Source: Terriglobia bacterium (GTDB taxonomy: Bacteria > Acidobacteriota > Terriglobia > Bryobacterales > JACQDG01). From it: a stretch of 64,000 nucleotides of DNA. The stretch's first letter is position 1, and the number at the start of each line of letters is the position of its first letter. The position numbers and the translations under genes were made by a program. The notes beneath the pieces are model-generated. The model saw only the letters and a list, made by a program, of their open reading frames with translations. It had not been told where the DNA came from and ran no database searches. Positions 48,235 to 57,721 of this stretch are shown in pieces. The stretch lies in contig JBGPDC010000005.1 in NCBI GenBank assembly GCA_041482115.1, positions 96-64,095 of the forward strand. The letters run 5' to 3'.

Positions 48235-51200
48235 ATCCGGCGGAGGTTCAAGAGCCGATCCAGAATAAGCCTTTCCAGGAGCCGGAGCGCTACTGGTCCA
48301 TCCGTGAGGGGGAGGAGCCACAACTCCGGGAAGGACGCCGAACGGCGGTCGTGTATCCGCCGCGGGATCAGACCCGGGAATGGGACCTGGCCGACGGGAC
48401 CCTGCGGAAGTCGGAGGCGTTTCCGGGCGGGTACGAGATGGCGCTGGTGAACCTGATCCGGGAGCGGGTGAAGGCGTGGGGAGCGCAGGGGTATCCGGGG
48501 GTCACGCGGACGACACTGGAGCTGCTGCAGTACTGGCGGCGCGAGGGAAGGCAGGCCAGGTTGTTCTTCGCGCAACTGGAGGCCGCGGAGACGGTGGTGT
48601 TTCTGGTGGAAGCGAGGGCGGATTTCCGGCAGGGCATCGCGGTTCCGGTGGACGAGCCGAGCAAGCAGCAACAGGAGGCCAAGGTCAAGGCTTTCGTCCG
48701 GTATGCCTGCAAGATGGCGACCGGGAGCGGCAAGACAACGGTGATGGGGATGCTGGCGGCCTGGAGCATTCTCAACAAGGTAACCAATCGGAGCGATGGG
48801 AGATTTTCGGATGTGGTGCTGGTGGTGTGCCCGAATGTGACGATCCGGTCGCGGCTCGCGGAACTGAACCCGGAAGCGGGGGAGGCGAGCGTTTACCGGA
48901 AGCGGGACCTGGTGCCGCCGCCACTGATGCCGTCGCTGCGGCAGGGGAAGGTGCTGGTGACGAACTGGCACATCTTTGAGCCGCAGACACCCCAGACCGG
49001 GGGTGTCTCAGCGAAGGTAACGAAGGTCGGCGTGGCAATGCGGACGACGGAGTTGGTGAACATCGGCGCGAAGACTACCACGGCGCGTGGGAGCCGGTAC
49101 ATGACCGCGGAGGAACTGGACGCGAAGGTAGCGGCGGGACTGATGACGGTGGTGGAGGAGGAGCGGGATAAAGAGGGCAACCGGAGGCGGGTGCGGGTGG
49201 AGTCGGTCCGGTATATCGAGAGCGAGGCGGGGTGGATCCAGCGGGTGCTGGGGAAAGAGATTGGGGGGAAGCAAAACATTCTAGTGATGAACGATGAGGC
49301 GCACCACGCCTACCGCATCCGGCGGGACGAAGATGACGACGAGGAATTGTTCGGGGAAGAGGAGGAGGCGGAGGAGTTCTATAAAGAGGCCACCGTGTGG
49401 GTGGAAGGGCTGGATCGGATCCACAAAGCGCGCGGGATTAATTTATGCGTGGACCTTTCGGCTACGCCGTTTTTCTTGGGCCGGGTGGGGCAGGATACGA
49501 ACCGGCCGTTCCCGTGGGTGGTGAGCGACTTCGGGCTCGTGGAGGCCATCGAGTCAGGGCTGGTGAAGATTCCGCAACTGGCGGTTCGAGACAATACCGG
49601 TGCGGAGATTCCCGGGTATTTCAACATCTGGCAGTGGAATCTCCCGCAGTTGACTGCCGCCGAGAGAGGCGGGACGCGGGCGAATCCGAAGCCCGAGGCG
49701 ATTCTGAAATACGCCAACACGCCGATTGCCATGCTGGCGGGGTTATGGGAAGAGCTTCGGCGGGAGTGGGAAGCGACGAAAGACGACGGGCGTCCGCCAG
49801 TGTTCATCATCGTGGCGAAAAACACGAAGATCGCCAGGGTGATCTATGAGTGGCTGGCGGAGGACAAGCGGCCGCCCGGGATTCCGCCTGCGAAGATAGA
49901 AGGATTTGCGAATGTCCCTGGGTGCGCGGTGACGGTGCGCGTCGATTCCAAGGTGGTCCACGAGACAGACACGGGAGAGGCGAAGTCGGACGAGTCCCGG
50001 TGGATGCGGTTTACGCTCGATACGGTGGGGCGCCTCGCGTGGCCGGCGGACCCGCAGGGAAGGCCGATTTATCCGGAGGGCTTCGCGGAACTGGCGGAAA
50101 AGATGAAGAAACCCCTCGATCCACCCGGGCGGGAGGTGCGGTGCATCGTGAGCGTGGGGATGCTGACGGAGGGATGGGATTGCAACACGGTGACGCACAT
50201 CATTGGGCTGCGTCCGTTTATGTCGCAATTGCTCTGCGAGCAGGTAGTGGGGCGCGGTTTAAGACGGGCGAGCTACGACTTGACGGAAGACGGTAAGTTT
50301 TCGGAGGAAGTGGCGAAGGTGTTTGGAGTGCCTTTCGAGGTGATCCCCTACAAGGCCGATCCGAAGGGGGGCGGGACGAAGCCGGAGAGACGGCATCATG
50401 TCTTTGCCGTGCCGGGGAAGGTGAAATTCGAGATCCGGTATCCGCGGGTGGAGGGCTACACCAGGGCGATCCGGAACCGGGTAACGGTGGACTGGAGAAC
50501 GATGCCGCCCCTGAACTTGGTGCCAGGCACGATTCCGGCTGAAGTGGATGTGAAGGGATCGCTCCCGAATAATCATGGGCGGTTTTCACTGACGGGGCCG
50601 GGGCGGATCGAGAACATCACGCTGAATCCCTACCGGGCGGGGCGGCGGTTGCAGGAGCTGGTGTTCGATATGTCGGCGGCGCTGACGCGCGATTATACGG
50701 CGCAACCCACGTGCCAGGCTCCGGCGCACGTGCTGTTTCCGCAGATGCAGCAGATTGTGGAGAGGTATCTGAGGGAGTACGTGAACGTGGTGCCGCCGGC
50801 AGCTATTCTGGACGTGTTTCTATCGCCCTACTACGGATGGGTGATTGAGCGGCTGGTGGAGCACATACGTCCGGATGCGTCACAGGGAGAGGCGCCGGAA
50901 ATCCCGCGGTATGAGGCGAACCGGGGTCCCGGGTCCACGGCGGAGGTAGATTTCTGGACCAGCCGGGAGCCGCGAGAGGCGGTGCACTGCCACTTGAACT
51001 ACATCGTGCCCGACACGGCGAAGTGGGAGCAGTCGGCGGCGTACTATATCGACACGCATCCGATGACGGAGGCGTTCGTGAAGAATGCCGGGCTAGGGTT
51101 CGCGATTCCGTATTTGCATAACGGGCAGATGCACGACTACGTGCCGGATTTCATCGTGCGGTTGAAGGAGACAGGGGCGCACCTGATCCTGGAGACGAAA

Positions 51201-51368
51201 GGGTATGATCCGCTAATGGAAGTGAAGCGGGGAGCGGCGGAACGATGGGTCGCGGCGGTGAACGCAGATGGAAACTATGGGCAGTGGAAGTACCGGATGG
51301 CGCGAAAGCCGGAAGAGGTTCGTCCCATAATTAGTGCTCTCCGCCCGCCGGATCGCGGGGGCGAGTAA
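48231..51368 (+). CDS. res: Type III restriction subunit-like SF2 helicase-endonuclease
   Basis: MATGSGKT, NDEAHH, SAT, MLTEGWD, QVVGRGLRR, C-terminal PDF...ETKG nuclease; GTGA overlap with the MTase. Confidence 0.9.
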   Translation: MNPAEVQEPIQNKPFQEPERYWSIREGEEPQLREGRRTAVVYPPRDQTREWDLADGTLRKSEAFPGGYEMALVNLIRERVKAWGAQGYPGVTRTTLELLQYWRREGRQARLFFAQLEAAETVVFLVEARADFRQGIAVPVDEPSKQQQEAKVKAFVRYACKMATGSGKTTVMGMLAAWSILNKVTNRSDGRFSDVVLVVCPNVTIRSRLAELNPEAGEASVYRKRDLVPPPLMPSLRQGKVLVTNWHIFEPQTPQTGGVSAKVTKVGVAMRTTELVNIGAKTTTARGSRYMTAEELDAKVAAGLMTVVEEERDKEGNRRRVRVESVRYIESEAGWIQRVLGKEIGGKQNILVMNDEAHHAYRIRRDEDDDEELFGEEEEAEEFYKEATVWVEGLDRIHKARGINLCVDLSATPFFLGRVGQDTNRPFPWVVSDFGLVEAIESGLVKIPQLAVRDNTGAEIPGYFNIWQWNLPQLTAAERGGTRANPKPEAILKYANTPIAMLAGLWEELRREWEATKDDGRPPVFIIVAKNTKIARVIYEWLAEDKRPPGIPPAKIEGFANVPGCAVTVRVDSKVVHETDTGEAKSDESRWMRFTLDTVGRLAWPADPQGRPIYPEGFAELAEKMKKPLDPPGREVRCIVSVGMLTEGWDCNTVTHIIGLRPFMSQLLCEQVVGRGLRRASYDLTEDGKFSEEVAKVFGVPFEVIPYKADPKGGGTKPERRHHVFAVPGKVKFEIRYPRVEGYTRAIRNRVTVDWRTMPPLNLVPGTIPAEVDVKGSLPNNHGRFSLTGPGRIENITLNPYRAGRRLQELVFDMSAALTRDYTAQPTCQAPAHVLFPQMQQIVERYLREYVNVVPPAAILDVFLSPYYGWVIERLVEHIRPDASQGEAPEIPRYEANRGPGSTAEVDFWTSREPREAVHCHLNYIVPDTAKWEQSAAYYIDTHPMTEAFVKNAGLGFAIPYLHNGQMHDYVPDFIVRLKETGAHLILETKGYDPLMEVKRGAAERWVAAVNADGNYGQWKYRMARKPEEVRPIISALRPPDRGGE

Positions 51369-51431
51369 GAATCCCGGTTTAGAAAAAAAGAGGAGTTCGC
51401 AGGTGAAGATGCCCGGGATTCAACGCCGGGA

Positions 51432-51572
51432 TCAGCAGCCCAGCCACTTCGGCAAGACTTTCGCCCAGTCGTTCAACAGCATCCACAGCAGGACCACGCC
51501 AGCACCAAGGAGGCTTACGACCGCCGCATAGCCTTGCCACTCGTGGCTGTGTTTATGGACCAACACAGACAT
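51432..51572 (-). CDS. Small single-pass membrane protein, 46 aa
   Basis: GGAGG RBS 8 nt before ATG; hydrophobic AAVVSLLGAGVVLLWMLL. Confidence 0.6.
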   Translation of the reverse strand: MSVLVHKHSHEWQGYAAVVSLLGAGVVLLWMLLNDWAKVLPKWLGC

Positions 51573-51656
51573 CGGAGTTACCTCCGTTTTACGACTGTCT
51601 CTACTTTCAATGAGCAGGCGGAGGGCCACACGTGATGGCTACCGATGAGTACTTCA

Positions 51657-51703
51657 ACCTGGGCTGCCGGGTCGCCGCCGGGCAATGAGCCCTGTCACTC
51701 GAC
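51657..51703. repeat. 47-bp dispersed repeat, copy 2
   Basis: Matches 42010-42056. Confidence 0.75.
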
Positions 51704-52510
51704 GGGCTTCTCGATCACCAGGCGCTCGAGGTGGGCCTGGGGATCGGCTTGGGAATAGATGACTTTGGCTCCGGGGAAGGCCGGGAGGAGATCCGCGGGC
51801 GAGGCGGAGCTGTAGTGGTTTTCGTAGACGAACAGGCCGGCGGGCTTGAGGCCGCGCAGCAGTCGCGCCGCGCCGGCCGGGTCCGGGTGCGGCAGGTCGG
51901 TCATGACAATCAGGTCCCAGGCTTCGACTCCGGCGTCGAATTTTTCGAAGCGGCTGGCGAGCGCCTGGAGAGACAGGCCCTGGTTCTTGGCAATAGTGCG
52001 GACTTGGGTGACGGCGGGAGCGTAGGAATCGAGGCCCGTGACGGTCCACCCCTGGCGGGCGAGGAAGAGGGCCTCTCTCCCCTGCCCCATGCCGATGTCG
52101 AGAGCCGGACCGGGGCGGCGTTCTTCGAGTAGGTTCGCGAAGAAGAAATCCGGCTCCGCCGGGGCGGCGGAAGGTGGGGGTGAGGGACGGCCGAAGTTCT
52201 TGGTCAGATACTCGATGACTGGGTCGATATCCTCGGCCGCCACGGCCGCGCCGCGAAAAACCATGTCCGCGACGACGAAACCCCACCGTTCTTTGGTGAG
52301 GCGGAAGCGCGTCGCGACCTCCAGGGCATGGCAATCCTGGCAGGCGTGCTCGACGGTCTCTTTGCCCGTGCCCAACGGCAACTCGACCTCGGCACGAGCC
52401 GCCCCGGCCAGGCAGAGAACCAGCGCCCAGCGGAGACTCGCGCGCCCCCGGGGTGAGTCAGTCAATCCGGAATACCCAGCCGGCGCTCTGCGACCCGCTC
52501 GGTTTGCCAC
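51695..52510 (-). CDS. Cytochrome c domain fused to class I SAM methyltransferase (start uncertain)
   Basis: Signal-like LRWALVLCLAGAARA; LPLGTGK..CQDCH; ALDIGMGQGR, GWTVTGLD. Confidence 0.75.
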   Translation of the reverse strand: MANRAGRRAPAGYSGLTDSPRGRASLRWALVLCLAGAARAEVELPLGTGKETVEHACQDCHALEVATRFRLTKERWGFVVADMVFRGAAVAAEDIDPVIEYLTKNFGRPSPPPSAAPAEPDFFFANLLEERRPGPALDIGMGQGREALFLARQGWTVTGLDSYAPAVTQVRTIAKNQGLSLQALASRFEKFDAGVEAWDLIVMTDLPHPDPAGAARLLRGLKPAGLFVYENHYSSASPADLLPAFPGAKVIYSQADPQAHLERLVIEKPVE

Positions 52511-52807
52511 CGGGCGAGAGGCCGGCGTCGCAGCCGTAGAGGCGCCCCTGGGCGGGGCGGGTGGGGGCGTCCTGGGGGGCGGCCAGGGCCGTTCCAGCCA
52601 GGAAACCGTGGGAATCGCCGCGGTTCAACCATCTTTGTTGCTTCCAGCTAAGCACTGATTTGGTAGCATCTTAGCGCAAAGCGGGGCGGATGCCACCCGG
52701 TCCAGGCGATTTTTTGTTGGCTTTTTGTGCTGGACAGACTGGCAGGACTCTGGTAGTATTCCCCTTTCGTCTTTGGCTGGATCTTATTGACCGTTTTGAT
52801 CTTGCGG

Positions 52808-54454
52808 ATGAAATCAAGCAAGACCTATCAAGTCATTAGCATCGGTTGGGCGGTGGCAGCGGTGCTGCTACTAGCCTCCTGCGCGACGACGACCAGCCAG
52901 ACGCACCTAGCGATCCGGCAGTTCGCGCCGCCGGCCCCCCCTCCGGAGCCGCCCCGGCTGTTGCTCGACACGCCTCCACTGCTGGCCGCGAACCACCTGC
53001 CCGTGCTCGATCCGGCGCTGGCGCTGGTGTATCCGACGCCGCTCGCGCGGGAGTCGAACACGCTCCGCCGGCAGGGCCGGCTGAACCCCGCCCGGTTGAT
53101 GGCGGAGTTCCAGGCGCAAGAGTGGGATTCCTGGAAGCAGACGCTCGCTTCCGCCCCCCAGCAGACCGAAGAGCTGATGCTCGAGGAAGTGCTGCAGCTC
53201 ACCATTCCGGAAGATTCGGCGATCCCCCGGGAACTGTATAAGGTCCTCCTGATGACCGAATCCGACCTGCCGTTGATGCTCAATGAGCAGGTGCTGCGGT
53301 ACGTGAACTACTTCCTGGGGCGCGGGCAGCGCACGCTGCGTGAGAGCTTGCGGCGCGCCGGCGCCTATCAGCCCATGATTTCGCGCGTCCTGGCGGAGGA
53401 AGGGGTCCCTCAGGAGCTGATCTACCTGGTGCAGGCGGAATCGGGATTCCGGGCCAAGGCCCGCTCTCCCAAAGCCGCGACCGGGATGTGGCAGTTCGTT
53501 TCCTTCCGGGGCAAGCAGTACGGCCTCAATCAGACGCGCCATGTGGACGAACGGCTGGATCCGGAGAAGGCTACCCGGGCGGCGGCGCGGCACCTGGCCG
53601 ATCTCTACGCCAGCCTGGGCGATTGGTACCTGGCAATGGCCGCCTACAACTGCGGACCGCTGTGCGTGCAGCGGGCCGTCGAGCGCACCGGCTTCGCGGA
53701 CTACTGGGAGCAGGTGAAGCGCGGGGCGCTGCCGCGGGAAACGTCGAACTACGTTCCGGCGATCCTGGCCATGGCGTTGTTGGGGAAGAACGCCGAGACC
53801 TTTGGCCTCGACGATATCGTTCCCGAGCAGCCGATCCACTACGATTCGGTTCCGACCTATGCCCGCATCAACCTCGACCTGATCGCCGATGTCACCGGCT
53901 CGACGCTCGCCCGGCTGAAGGAGCTGAATCCGGCGCTGCTCAGCACGGCCACCCCGGACAGCCCTTATACGCTGCGGCTGCCGCGGGGGACGGGGTCCCA
54001 ATTCGAGGCAGAGATCGCCAAGGTCCCCGAAGCAGGACGGGCGAGCTGGAGGCGTCACCTGGTGCGGGAGAGCGAGACGGTGGCGCAGATTGCCGCGCGG
54101 TACCGCGTCAGACCCCAGGACCTTACGGCGGTGAACCAGATCGGCGCCGAGGGGCCGGCCGCCGGGGAGCGGTTGAATGTCCCGGTGCCGCTGCGGCTCC
54201 CGAAGCCGGAGCCGGTGCTGCGGGCCGGCGGGATGCACTATACGGTGCGGGAGGGGGATACCCTCGGGGCGATCGCGCGGCGCCAGCGCGTGACGGTAGC
54301 CCAGTTGCAGCACTGGAACCAGATGACAGGCACGAAATTGCGGGCCGGGCAGAGCTTGCAGGTGCAGGCGCCGCTCGGCCGGCAGCCGGCCGCGCCGGTC
54401 CGCCGGCAGGTAGCTTCAAACTCCGGCCAGACCACCCCCCACCCTGCCAATTGA
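52808..54454 (+). CDS. mltD: Membrane-bound lytic murein transglycosylase D with LysM domains
   Basis: Lipobox LLASC; AESGF, ATGMWQF, AAYNCG, ETSNYVP; two LysM repeats. Confidence 0.88.
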   Translation: MKSSKTYQVISIGWAVAAVLLLASCATTTSQTHLAIRQFAPPAPPPEPPRLLLDTPPLLAANHLPVLDPALALVYPTPLARESNTLRRQGRLNPARLMAEFQAQEWDSWKQTLASAPQQTEELMLEEVLQLTIPEDSAIPRELYKVLLMTESDLPLMLNEQVLRYVNYFLGRGQRTLRESLRRAGAYQPMISRVLAEEGVPQELIYLVQAESGFRAKARSPKAATGMWQFVSFRGKQYGLNQTRHVDERLDPEKATRAAARHLADLYASLGDWYLAMAAYNCGPLCVQRAVERTGFADYWEQVKRGALPRETSNYVPAILAMALLGKNAETFGLDDIVPEQPIHYDSVPTYARINLDLIADVTGSTLARLKELNPALLSTATPDSPYTLRLPRGTGSQFEAEIAKVPEAGRASWRRHLVRESETVAQIAARYRVRPQDLTAVNQIGAEGPAAGERLNVPVPLRLPKPEPVLRAGGMHYTVREGDTLGAIARRQRVTVAQLQHWNQMTGTKLRAGQSLQVQAPLGRQPAAPVRRQVASNSGQTTPHPAN

Positions 54455-54629
54455 GGGCCGGCGCCGGCTTCCTGCCAGCGCCTCGACACCGCGTGCGGTA
54501 ATCGACATTTTCCGCTTGCCTCAGTAGGAAAAAGCGCTATTCTATAGTTCCTGCGCCGGGACGGAAGGTCCTGCGACCCGGACCGGAAAGACAAATTGCG
54601 TCGCCGCGTGGCGGCCAGGAGGCGGAACG

Positions 54630-55112
54630 ATGGCTTTCGGTGACCATGATGAACTTGGTCTAAACGACGAAGAGATCGAAGAATCTGCGGAACTGGATGA
54701 AGAGGCCGGATTCGAGGTGGAAGCGGAGGAGCTAGATGTGGAGTCCGGGGCCGGGGTGGCCATGATCGCGCCTCCGGCGCCGCCTCCGCCACCCCCGCCG
54801 CCGCGGCCCGCGCCGGGAGCCCCGGCCAAGAAACCCGCCCGCCAGGCCAAGGCGGCCGCGCCGAAGAAGCCCCCCGTGAAGAAAGCGGTCAAGAAACCAG
54901 CCCCGCAGGCGGCGAAGAAGGCGGCTCCCCGGAAAGCAGCGAAGAAAGCGGCGCCGAAGAAGGCTGCCAAGAAGAAAGCCACCGTGAAGAAGGCCGCCAG
55001 GAAGGCTCCGGCTCGCAAGGCCGCGAAGAGAGCCGCTCCGAAGAAAGCTGCCAAGAAGAAGGCTCGCAAGCCGGCGGCCAAGAAGAGAGTCGCGAGCAAG
55101 CGGAAAAAGTAG
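54630..55112 (+). CDS. Histone H1-like Lys/Ala-rich protein with acidic N-terminus
   Basis: AGGAGG RBS; D/E-rich head, poly-Pro linker, AAKKAAPKK repeats. Confidence 0.8.
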   Translation: MAFGDHDELGLNDEEIEESAELDEEAGFEVEAEELDVESGAGVAMIAPPAPPPPPPPPRPAPGAPAKKPARQAKAAAPKKPPVKKAVKKPAPQAAKKAAPRKAAKKAAPKKAAKKKATVKKAARKAPARKAAKRAAPKKAAKKKARKPAAKKRVASKRKK

Positions 55113-55213
55113 AAAGTTTCGCCCCGGAGGCGGGACCGGCGCCAGGCCGGCCCCGCTCCGCATTTCCTTCCCACCGCCGTCACCTGCGGTAGGATGGGTG
55201 TCTAGTGTAGTTT

Positions 55214-56047
55214 GTGCCTGTGCAGGCCCTGCAGCACTTCGCCCGGATGCGCGGCGGAGCGCAGGCCCAGTTGGTACTGGCGTCCGACGGCAACTATTAC
55301 ATCGTCAAGTTCCAGAACAACCCGCAGCACCGGCGGGTGCTGGTGAACGAGATGCTGGCGCACGTGCTGCTGCGGCACCTGGAGCTGCCGACGCCGGCGG
55401 CGGAAGTGGTCGAGGTGCCGCCCGAGCTGCTGGCTATTTCCCCCAACCTTTACATCGAGACTGGAGGCCGGCGGCAGCAGTGCGCCCCGGGCAAGCAGTT
55501 CGGGTCCCGCTACCCGGGAGACCCGGCGCGGCTCCCCGTCTACGACTACGTGCCCGACGCTCTGCTGCGGCAAGTGTTGAATGTCGATTGCTTTGTGGGC
55601 ATGGTGGCGTTCGACAAGTGGGTGGCGAACGCCGATGGCCGGCAGGCCATTTTCTTCCGGGACCAGGTGACGCGCTGGCGGCCGGAGGCGGCCGCGGGCC
55701 CCGGGGGACACGGCCTGGTAGCCGCCATGGTGGACCACGGCTTCGCTTTCACGGCACAGTGCTGGTCCTTCCGGGACACGCCCCAGACCGGCCTCTATCC
55801 GCGTCCGTGGCTGTATGAAAACGTTACGGGATACGATTCCTTCGAGCCGTGGCTCGGCCGCATCCGCAACTTCAGCCTGGATGTGCTGGACGACGCTTTT
55901 AAGCGGATACCGCCGGAGTGGTTCGAAGGCGACTTCCCTGCCCTCGAACAACTGCTCGAGACGCTTTACGAGCGCCGGGGCCTCGTTCCAGACTTGCTGC
56001 GGGCTGCCAAAAACCGGACGCGGGACCCGTTTCCGAACTGGCATTAG
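55214..56047 (+). CDS. HipA-like kinase (HipA_2 type)
   Basis: MRGGAQ, YIVKF, LVNE, FDKWVANAD.R, VDHGFAF. Confidence 0.85.
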   Translation: MPVQALQHFARMRGGAQAQLVLASDGNYYIVKFQNNPQHRRVLVNEMLAHVLLRHLELPTPAAEVVEVPPELLAISPNLYIETGGRRQQCAPGKQFGSRYPGDPARLPVYDYVPDALLRQVLNVDCFVGMVAFDKWVANADGRQAIFFRDQVTRWRPEAAAGPGGHGLVAAMVDHGFAFTAQCWSFRDTPQTGLYPRPWLYENVTGYDSFEPWLGRIRNFSLDVLDDAFKRIPPEWFEGDFPALEQLLETLYERRGLVPDLLRAAKNRTRDPFPNWH

Positions 56048-56077
56048 GGCCCCGCAGGGAACTATGGGAGAAAGCTG

Positions 56078-56845
56078 ATGAGCGTTTACCACTTTCAGTT
56101 GCTGCGCTACGCACCCAACCGGCTGGCGGAGGAGTTCTATAACGTCGCGGTGCTGCTGCACGATGCCGAGGGACGCCTGGTCGACGCCCGCTTCACCCCG
56201 GACTTCACGCGGCTGCGCTGCCACCCCCTGGCGGACCTGCCGCTGGTCGAGCGGCTGAAGGAAGAGTTCGAGAACCGGCTGCTCGCGGGCGAGGGGTTTG
56301 CGGAGTTTGTCGGGGAGCTGACCCAAAACCTTTCCCAAGCCTTACAACTTTCGGAGCGGCGCGCGTTCCTGGGAGGCGAGACGCAGGAGGCGATGGAGCG
56401 GCTGGTGCGGACCTATCTCGCCACCCCGCGCCGCTCCGAAGTGCGTCCCCCGGAGACGCTGCCGGGCACCCGGCGGTGGATTCACCAGCGGCTGCACCAC
56501 ACCTTCGAGCAACATCATCTCCTCGAGCGGCTGGAGGCCGCCGCGCCCGTCGGAGTACACGTCAGCCCGCGCTTCTCCTTTCAGATGGACTATGCCTACC
56601 GGCCGAACGGCCAAACCCGGTATGTCCACGCGCTTTCGCTGCGCCACGACCTGAACGACGCGGCCCGGTTGTGCTTTGTCTTCGACCGCGTGCGGGCGCA
56701 GACCGACGCGGCGTTGACGGCGGTGGTGGACGATGCCCTGCCCGACGATACGCGGGGCCTGCTCGAATCGAGCCGCATCCGGCCCTGGGAGGTGTCGCGC
56801 GTCGAGGATTTGGCGCTCGCGGTGAGGGGAGAACTGGGCCTGTAG
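56078..56845 (+). CDS. DUF3037 domain protein
   Basis: LLRYAPNRLAEEFYNVAVLL; usual position downstream of a HipA-like kinase. Confidence 0.82.
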   Translation: MSVYHFQLLRYAPNRLAEEFYNVAVLLHDAEGRLVDARFTPDFTRLRCHPLADLPLVERLKEEFENRLLAGEGFAEFVGELTQNLSQALQLSERRAFLGGETQEAMERLVRTYLATPRRSEVRPPETLPGTRRWIHQRLHHTFEQHHLLERLEAAAPVGVHVSPRFSFQMDYAYRPNGQTRYVHALSLRHDLNDAARLCFVFDRVRAQTDAALTAVVDDALPDDTRGLLESSRIRPWEVSRVEDLALAVRGELGL

Positions 56846-57075
56846 CGGACCGGCGCCATAAGATTCGTTGCAGAAGTCGGGTGGTGGGGCGGTCCCCCTG
56901 GACCGCGGCCGGCGCCCTCGTGGGCCTCTTCGGGCACGGGATTATGCTGAGCACCAAGGAAGTTTTCCGTAGGGCTCCACAGCCGGACCAGGGGGTCCGG
57001 CGCGGACGAGGGCGTCCGCCCCACCCGGGAATTGTGCAGCGAACTTGCAACTCTGGGGACTAGCGGACCGGCGCC
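56843..57075. mobile_element. REP/MITE-like non-coding insertion flanked by a 15-bp direct repeat
   Basis: TAGCGGACCGGCGCC at 56843-56857 and 57061-57075; nested inverted repeats GGTGGGGCGG/CCGCCCCACC, CCCCCTGG/CCAGGGGG, CGCCCTCGT/ACGAGGGCG. Confidence 0.7.
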
Positions 57076-57113
57076 GGCCCCATGTTAGAGTGGGGCGGAG
57101 TGGCAGGAGGGTG

Positions 57114-57587
57114 ATGCGCAGGCGCGGCGGAATTCCGGTTCCGGTTCTGGTCTTGCTGGTCTTCCTGGTCGCCGGCGGAGCCCTGGCCTATTGGTTCGTC
57201 CGGCATAGCGGCGACCGCACGCCCCAGACGCCCGCCCTCTCGCAAGAGGCGGTCGACTATCTTCCCAGCCTGGCGTTGAGCGACGTTCAAATGGAGGGCG
57301 CCGAAAACTTCCTCGCCCAGACGGCCGCCACCATCTCGGGCCAGCTGACCAACCATGGCCCGCGCACGCTGCGTCTGGTGGAGATCAACTGCATCTTCCG
57401 GGACCTGAACGGCCAGCCGCTGAAGCGGGAACGGGCCATCGTCGTCGGGCGCCGGGGCGGGCCGGTCAAACCCGGTGAGACCCGCGGGTTCGAACTGCAC
57501 TTCGACCAGGTCCCCACCAACTGGAACCAGGACCTGCCGGCCCTGGTGATCGCGCAGATCCTGTTCGAGGAAGCCCCCAGAACCTGA
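57114..57587 (+). CDS. Membrane-anchored FxLYD/DUF3426-like protein
   Basis: N-terminal TM; ISGQLTNHG, VKPGETRGFELHF Ig-like pattern. Confidence 0.7.
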   Translation: MRRRGGIPVPVLVLLVFLVAGGALAYWFVRHSGDRTPQTPALSQEAVDYLPSLALSDVQMEGAENFLAQTAATISGQLTNHGPRTLRLVEINCIFRDLNGQPLKRERAIVVGRRGGPVKPGETRGFELHFDQVPTNWNQDLPALVIAQILFEEAPRT

Positions 57588-57721
57588 GGGGGGGACGGCT
57601 CGTAGGCCTCCTGGCCGCAGCTTGCTATACCCCTAGAACCAAGAGAGACTCTGTAGATTTCGCTGGTGCGACCGATAAGAGCGGTATGAGATTTTACCGG
57701 CGACAGATTCGCCTGTCCAGC

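Noticed and set aside
52458-52655. 65-aa ORF with a Tat-like FLAGTALA segment
   Set aside because: No intact twin-arginine motif, no RBS or recognisable domain; not supportable as a gene
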